A stretch of DNA of 39,761 nucleotides, taken from Chiloscyllium plagiosum. Taxonomy: Eukaryota. The translations under genes and the position numbers were made by a program. The notes beneath the pieces are model-generated. The model was not told where the DNA came from and made no database searches. It was given only the letters and a program-made list of their open reading frames with translations. Where the stretch lies: the NCBI RefSeq assembly GCF_004010195.1, contig NC_057719.1, forward strand, positions 82,007,648 to 82,047,408, read 5' to 3'. Positions 32,748 through 39,761 of this stretch are shown one piece after another; the stretch's first letter is position 1, and each line of letters opens with the position of its first letter.

Positions 32748-34134
32748 TGTTTATAAAGCACTTTTGATTTTCTTTAATGGTGGCCAGCCCTTTACTCTCT
32801 CAGACATTCTTTGCCTTTCTGCATTCTGTGTTTATCTCATGTTAATTTCTAATTTTTGTCATCCAAAGAATTCTAGCTTTGGACAGCATCCCTTCCGTCC
32901 ATGTGTGAATATTCATTAGACATGTCATCTCTTTTTTTAGATGGTTTCCCATTGTTCATTTACTGCTCTTCCTGCCAATTTTTGATTCCAGTGGATCTGT
33001 GGCAGATCCTTTCACAGTTCATTGAAGATAGCTTTCCTTCAATGAAGCACTTTCATGCTTCACTGAACCCTGTCCTTTCCAATAACAATTCTAAACCTGA
33101 TGGATATGATCTCTGTTTCCCAAACGCTTTCCCATTGAAAGATGTTTCACTCGACCTAGTTTGTTCCTCAGAACCAGATACAGTCCTGCTTTCTTGCACG
33201 AGGTTAGAAACACAATGATCAACAATGCTATCTTGCAAAAGTCACACAATTATTACAGGAGAGAAGGTCAACCCATTTTGTTTGCACTGGCTCTCCAAAG
33301 GAGCATCTCATTTCATGCCATTGTCCTGCTTCTTCCCTATAACATTTCATTTCATTTGTTTTCAGAAAATAAGGCAATTCCCCTTTGAAAGTCTCAACTA
33401 AACTTGGCTCCACCATTCATGAATCGTGACATTAACCATTCGCTCTGCGTAAAAGCTTTTTCCCACATCACTTTTGCTTCCTTTGCCAAGTACCTCAAAT
33501 CAGTGTCCACTTATTCTCAATCCATTCACAAGTAGGAACAGTTTGTCCTCATCTAGCCTGTCCAGACCCTTCATGATTCTACGTGTCACTCCCAAATCTC
33601 CTTTCAGCCTTCTACAAGGAAAACACTCCCATCTTCTCCAATCTACATAACATCAGGTAATGCATAACATTTCAGAGTTTTCACCTTATTTTCGTCCTCA
33701 TGCTCCCAGTTTGTCTTGAAAGTCCCGTATCCCCACTTTTTTATAACACTTTGTGTAATTTGATTGAATATATACTGGTCTATCTCCTCACCATTATCCA
33801 GTTGCCTATAGGATGCATCCAGTGATTGGTATCTTCTCAATTGTCTCTTAATTCTCACCACTTGGATTCTTCACGCATATATCATTCTTCTCTAATGTTC
33901 TAATCATTTATTTGATCAGTACTACCACCTTTTTTATTCTCTATCTTGCATTTCTCTTCCAGATCTCTGTGCACTATATTTTCACTCAACCTGGGAGCCA
34001 TATTACTGTCATGTTTGCCCAAACACATTCCCACAACCTTGGGTAATCTTCCCAGGAAGACACTGCTTCCAGCTACCATTCACCTAAAAAGATTGTTCCT
34101 GCCTCAAAACTAATCTTAATGTCAAAGGAGATAA

Positions 34135-34612
34135 GCTGAAGAGGTTCAGAAGAGATTATCGGAATGTTGCCGAATAAGGAAGGTTTGAGATATAAAGAAA
34201 GGCTGGATAGGTTGGGACTTTTTTCACTGGAGCATAGATAATTGAGGTGACCTTATAGAGGTTTATAAAATCTGGCGAGATATAGATAGGGTTAATGGCA
34301 GGTGTCTTTTCTCAAGGAATGGGGATATCAAAACCAGAAGGCACATTTTTAAGATGCGAGGAGAGAGATTTAAAAAAGACATGAGGGGCACATTTTTTAC
34401 ATAGAGGGTGGTTCGCGTGTGTAATAAACTTCTTGAGGAAGTGGTGGATGTGGGTACAATTATATGGTTTAAAAGACATTTGCATAAATACATGAATAGA
34501 AAAGATTTGGAGGGATACTAGCCAGGAACAGGTAGGTGGGACTAGTTAGTTTTGGATTATTTTCAACATGGATTGGTTGGACTGATGGATCTGCTTCCAT
34601 GCTGTATGACTC
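34135..34612 (+). mobile_element. CR1 3' fragment
   Basis: Closely parallels 248-620. Confidence 0.9.
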
Positions 34613-34619
34613 AATGCCC

Positions 34620-34905
34620 TCACTTTCCTTGCTACCATTTCTCCAGTGAGTGTTAACATCTTTTATCCTAGCATTTCTGATTTCACCAATTTATGACACT
34701 AGGAATAATCCAGAGATGATCACCTTGAAGCCAACCGCTATAACACTCCCTTGAACTCCTGACTCCTTCCTGTAGGATTTCAAACTACTTCTTCCCATGT
34801 CAAAGGATCCAACATAAACCATGATTTATGGCTATTGGTCTTCATGCAACAGACTGTCCTGTAATTGATGAATAACACTCTTTATCCTGACACCATGGAG
34901 ATGAC
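34620..34905 (-). mobile_element. old CR1 ORF1 (esterase) remnant
   Basis: Minus strand reads ...GVRIK...IMVYVGSFDMGR...KVIISGLF, parallel to GARI...VIVHIGTNNIGR...VAISGLL at 39293-39616. Confidence 0.6.
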
Positions 34906-35389
34906 ACCTCTACCAAGACTACAAGGATGACAATACCCTGGGGAAATGCAATTTCAAGCACTGTGAAGCAAGTCATTACAATGGAGAGAGAGAAATTACA
35001 CTGACTGTTTTTCTCTCAAATCACTGTTTTCCTGCACTCCCCACTATTTGGCCACATTCACTCCTCCATTTATTGTCTGGCCTATCTGCTCATGTTTGCC
35101 TATTCACTCCACTTTGCCAGTTTGCCTGTACCCATTCCTTCTGTCTTTGCCTGTTCCTTTTATCTGCTTGTGCCTGCTCCTCCATTTGTCTGTGCCCAGA
35201 CTGCCTGTTTCTCTACACCCCTTATAGTACCCTCTCCCACCATTGCCCAATCCCTGTTTCAATGTACCTTCATTTACCTGCACCCACACCTCCATTTCCT
35301 TAACCCACATTCCCCGTTTACCTGCACCAGCTCCCCCATTTGCCCACTATCTCCCCACAATTTGCATGTTATAATCCTCTTATTTTTAA

Positions 35390-36300
35390 ATTTATTCAAG
35401 AGATGTGAGAATCGCTGGCTGGACCAGCATTTATTGCCAATCCTCAATTTGCTTTGAGAATGTGGTGGTGAGTTGCCTTCTTGAACCTCTGCAGACTATG
35501 CATTATGGGTTGACCCACAATGCCCTTATGAAGGGAATTTCAGGAGTTTGACTTAGTAAAAGTGAAGGAATTGCAATATATTTCAAGTCAGATAGTGAGT
35601 GGCTTGGAGGGGAACTTGCAGGTGGTGATGTTACCATATATCTGACGTTCTTGTCCTTCTAGATGCAAGTGGGCGTGGGTTTGGAAGGTGTCATTGGAGG
35701 GACCTTCGTGAATTTCTGCAATGCCTCTTGTAGAAAGCACATACTGCTACTACTGAGTGTCAGTAGTGGAGGGAGTGAATGTCTGTGTATGTGGTGCCTA
35801 TCAAGCAGGCTGCATTGTCCTGGATGGTATCAAACTGCTTGAGTGTTGTTGGAGCTGTGCTTATCCAGTTAAGTGGGATGTTTCCATCACACTCCTGATC
35901 TGTGCTTCATAGATGGTGGACAGGCAGTGTGGAGTCAGAAGGTGAATTAATCTCTGCAGGATTCCTATCTTCTGACATGCTGTTGTAGCAACAGTATTTA
36001 TATCATGAGTCCAATTTACCTTCTGGTCAATGTTAAAAACGTTGCACCCTACCATATGTTGATAGTAGGGCACCTCAAAATGATGGTAACACTATTGAAT
36101 GGAAAGGGGCAGTGACTAGTTTATCTCTTATTGGAGATGGTCATTACCTGGCATTTCTGTGGCACAAATGTAGGTTGACATAAGTAGATTGGTGGGGTGG
36201 TAATTGCTCAGGTTGGATTTGTCCTTTTTTTAAAATTTCCAGAACATACCTGAGGAATTTTCTACATTGTTGAGTTGATGCCAGACTTGCAGCTGTACTA
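35390..36300 (-). mobile_element. second CR1/L2-group LINE 3' part
   Basis: Parallel to 22935-23690; antisense ORF IDQKVNWT...LSTIYEAQIRSVME. Confidence 0.87.
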
Positions 36301-37599
36301 GAATGGCTGTTTACGTCCAATGGCAATTTATGTCCGCTTCAAATCCGATAAGCCAAAAAATGGGTTGAAGGATCTCTCTAGCATCAGTTTTTAATCTACT
36401 GTCTCCAGTTTCCACCTTACGCAATTTTGCTTTCCATAGCTGTCCCCATGCTGTCTCAATTTGAGAAGCTGCTGAGCATGCTCTCTTTCCTGCTCAACGT
36501 GATGAAGAAATGCCCACTGTCTGTATCACTGTTTCAGAAGCATGGAGTCCTCCTTTCTCTTATTCTTTTTGGTCACTGACTCTGGGTCCTCCCCTCTCCT
36601 GCACTATTAGATGCCAGTGACCAAACTATTACAAATTACTTCATTTTATTTTTCTTATCCTGTTTTAAAAACCCAACAATATAAACAGCTTCCATTAACA
36701 CTCTCAGAGGCCTCCACTCATCTGCTCACTGAAACATACTGATTTAAAATCATGGTTCTGAAAAGACTGATTATTAAACCACTTCACAAAAAAATGACCA
36801 ACACCCATACGTCAAGAGTCTGAAATCTAAAATCCAGAAAATGTTATGTGCAAGTCACCAACTTTCATCACAATTCTAAATTAAATAACCCACAACATTC
36901 TAAACTAAAGTTAACCCACCCTATCTCCCAGTGTGAATGGACACTTTAAAACATTTCAGCACATTAATCTGAATCACCATTCACATCCTTGGATGAAACT
37001 ATCACTGCAATCCATCCATTCGTTGTTGAGATGTGTTGTTTACAGCCAGAGTAAAAACATGACCTAATTAATGGGACTAGAATTTTATTTCAGATTTAAT
37101 TATTAATTGTGTTTCAATTCCCTGAACAGCACTGATGATATTTGAACTCTTATCACTGGAGCATTAGTCTAGGTCTCTGGATTATTAGTCCAGTAACATT
37201 GCCACTGCAATATCTTCTCCCTCTGTACCTATTTCATATTTGTCTTTACCTACTCAATAAGAACATAAGAAGGAGGAGTAGGAATAGGCCATCAGATGAA
37301 TCAGTTGTTATGTTTGGATTTTCAGAAATCTTTTGAAAAAGGTCCCACTCAGTAGGTCAGTGGGATATACAAGATAGGAAATTACATGTAGATTGAGGAT
37401 TATTTAACAGGTAAAAAAAAGAGGCCAGGAACAAATGGGTCATTCTTGGGTTAGCTGCCTGGGACCAGTGGTGAACCAGATGCCGTGAAGGCAGTTCACC
37501 AAGTTGATCTTGGATATGGAGGGATTTTCTTATGAGAGGTTGAGTAGATTAATCTTGTACTCAATGGAGTTTAGAAGAATGGGAGGTAAATTTATTTAG

Positions 37600-38500
37600 A
37601 TCAATTATCTCAGCTCCAGGACATCTCTGCAGGATCACCTTTAGGGGATATCCTATGCCAAATGATATTCAATAAGGTCAGAAGTATGGATATTTGCTGA
37701 TGATTACACAATGTTCAGCGCCATTTGTTAGCCCTCAGATATTGAAACAATTCATGTTCAAATGCAACAAGACTTGGACAAGATTGAGGTTTGGTCTGAC
37801 AACTGGCAAGTTAATTTTCACCACACAGTGCAAGGCAATGACCATCTTAAATAAGAGAAGAGTCCAATCATCACTCCTTGGTATTTGATGGCATCATTAT
37901 CACCTGAATCCCCAACTGTCAATATCCTGGAGGTTACTATTGATCAGAAGCTGAACTAGCTATCCATATAAATAAAGTGCTAAAAAAGCAGTTCAGAGAC
38001 TAGGAATCATTCAGTGAGTAACTTCCCTTTTGACTCTCCAAAGCTTGCCCATTATGTACAAGGCTAAGTCAGGTGTGTGATGGAAGACCACTTAACTGGC
38101 ACCACCTCTACAAAAACTGAGGCCTTCGACCAGTGATGATAGTAGCAACAGTGAGCACTACCGAGAAGATGTGCTGCAGAAATTCACCAAGGCTCTTCAG
38201 GCAGCTCTTTCCAAACGCATGATCACTACCATCTAGAAGGACAACAGCAGCATGTCCACTGGAATATAACCAACTCCAATTTGCCGTCTAAGCTACTTAC
38301 CATCCTAACTTGGAATTATATCAGTGTTCTTTCAGTGTTGCTGGGTCACAATCGTGAAACTCACTCTCCAACACATTGTAGCTCTATGTAGACCAAATGG
38401 TTCAAGAAGGCAGGCTCATCACCACCACCTTAAGGTCAATTAAGGATGGACAATAAATGCTGCCCCAGGCAGCAATGCCCGCTTTCCATGAAGGAATGAA
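37600..38500 (+). mobile_element. second CR1/L2-group LINE 3' part
   Basis: tttgctgatgat (FADD), aatatcctggaggttactattgatcagaagctgaac, and a 3' end with AATAAA...ccatgaaggaatgaa. Confidence 0.87.
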
Positions 38501-38619
38501 CCAGACAGACAAAGGCAGTGAAACCTATGCTGCTGTCTGACACAGCAGTGAATCTGCACAGTTACTGCCTTTGCTGTTTGAGTTGAAGTATCACTGGACA
38601 TTAGACTGCATCTAGAAAA

Positions 38620-39761
38620 AATGAACAAACAGCGAAATTCACAGCTGACCTTAGAAGAACCTATTTGGGAGAGCTCACAGCACAGGAACAGATAAGTGCA
38701 TAGTTTTTAAGTGTATCCTTGCTGTAAATCTACAATAGTGAGTAGAGTGGGTTCTTTCATGATTATATGTTTTATTGACATCTGTTTCTTGATTAAATTT
38801 TAAAAATATATAGCATAAGTATTAAGTTAGCCTGGAGCAGTGATTTTTGGAGCAATAAGATGGTGCTATTTTCTGCGTCTATAGATTGTGAAGGAGCAAA
38901 GATGGCCTTTAGTAGAGTGATGTGCTCTTCCTGTCAGATGTGGGAGTTTAGGGAGACTTTCCACGTTACTGATGATTTTGTCTGCAACAAGTGTGAATGT
39001 GAATCCTATTAGATTGCATGGATTAGAGCAGCAGTTAGAGGCAATGAGGAATTTACAGGAACCAATGGGTGTGATGGATGGCAGTTATAGGAAGTGTGAT
39101 AAATTGCAGATACAGTCAGGTAGATGGGTTAACATCGAAACATAGGAAAGAGAGGCAGGTAGAGCAGGAGTCTTCTGTGGCTATCCCCATCTCAAACAAG
39201 TATACTGTTTTGGAAAAAGTAAGGGGTGATGGACTCTCAGGGGAATGTAGCATGAACAGACAAGTTTCTGGCATCAAGACAGGCTCTAAATAATGAGGGG
39301 TATGTCGGGTTCCAAGCGATCAATTGTGCTAGGGGACTCTCTAGTCAGAGGCACAGACAGACATTTCTGCGGCCGGGAAAGAGAAATCAGAATGGTGTGT
39401 TGCCTCCCGGGTGCCAGGATCACGGATATTTCTGAGAGGATGCAGAATGTTCTCAAAGGGGAGAGGGACCAGCAAGAGGTCATTGTACACATTGGAACTA
39501 ACAACATAGGAAGGGAAAAGGATGAGATTCTGAAGGGAGAATATAGAAATTTAGGCAGGAATTTAAAAAGGAGGTCCTCGAGGGTAGCAATATCTGGATT
39601 ACTCCTGGTGCTATGAGCTAGTGAGGGTAGGAATAGGAGGATAGAGCAGATGAATGCGTGGCTGAGGAGCTGGTGCAGGGGAGATGGGTTCACATTTTTG
39701 GATCATTGGAATTTCTTCTAGGGTAGAAGTGACCTGTACAAGAAGGATGGATTGCACCTGA
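38620..39761 (+). mobile_element. CR1 5' end: 5'UTR and disrupted ORF1 (Cys-rich N-terminus plus SGNH esterase)
   Basis: ATG at 38902 gives MAFSRVMCSSCQMWE...FVCNKC, then IVLGDSLVRG...CLPGAR...VHIGTN; stops and frameshifts present; runs off the window end. Confidence 0.92.

Larger units (their letters stand above)
29800..33950 (-). mobile_element. patchwork of old CR1 ORF2 fragments with nested SINEs
   Basis: Repeated antisense CR1 motifs (tcaaatgccttc, aacttgccctgtcac, ccagacccttcatgatt); boundaries cannot be resolved by eye. Confidence 0.65.

Overview
Vertebrate genomic DNA from a cartilaginous fish, most likely a shark; this is inferred from abundant HE1-type V-SINEs, Deu-SINE-like fragments and shark-style CR1 and Penelope elements. 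Two genes diverge about 14 kb apart. On the minus strand lies the 5' part of RPAP1: a GC/ETS promoter near 12.9 kb, a non-coding first exon and three coding exons. On the plus strand lies the 5' end of a gene with a uORF-rich untranslated exon and a phase-1 signal-peptide exon at 27149-27227. This is probably TYRO3, judged from synteny; the exon is absent from the ORF track. Most of the rest is nested, decayed transposons: CR1, a second CR1/L2-group LINE, RTE, Tx1-like LINE, Penelope-like elements, several SINE families and a Tigger-type MITE. The most notable non-gene signals are: a cluster of minimal hammerhead ribozyme motifs in Penelope-derived ends, one inserted into another; a cryptic 36-bp repeat array with an internally inverted block; and a decayed tRNA-Glu gene abutting a SINE. 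I see no convincing evidence of a wholly new biological system. Repeat boundaries and family names come from pattern recognition and are approximate.
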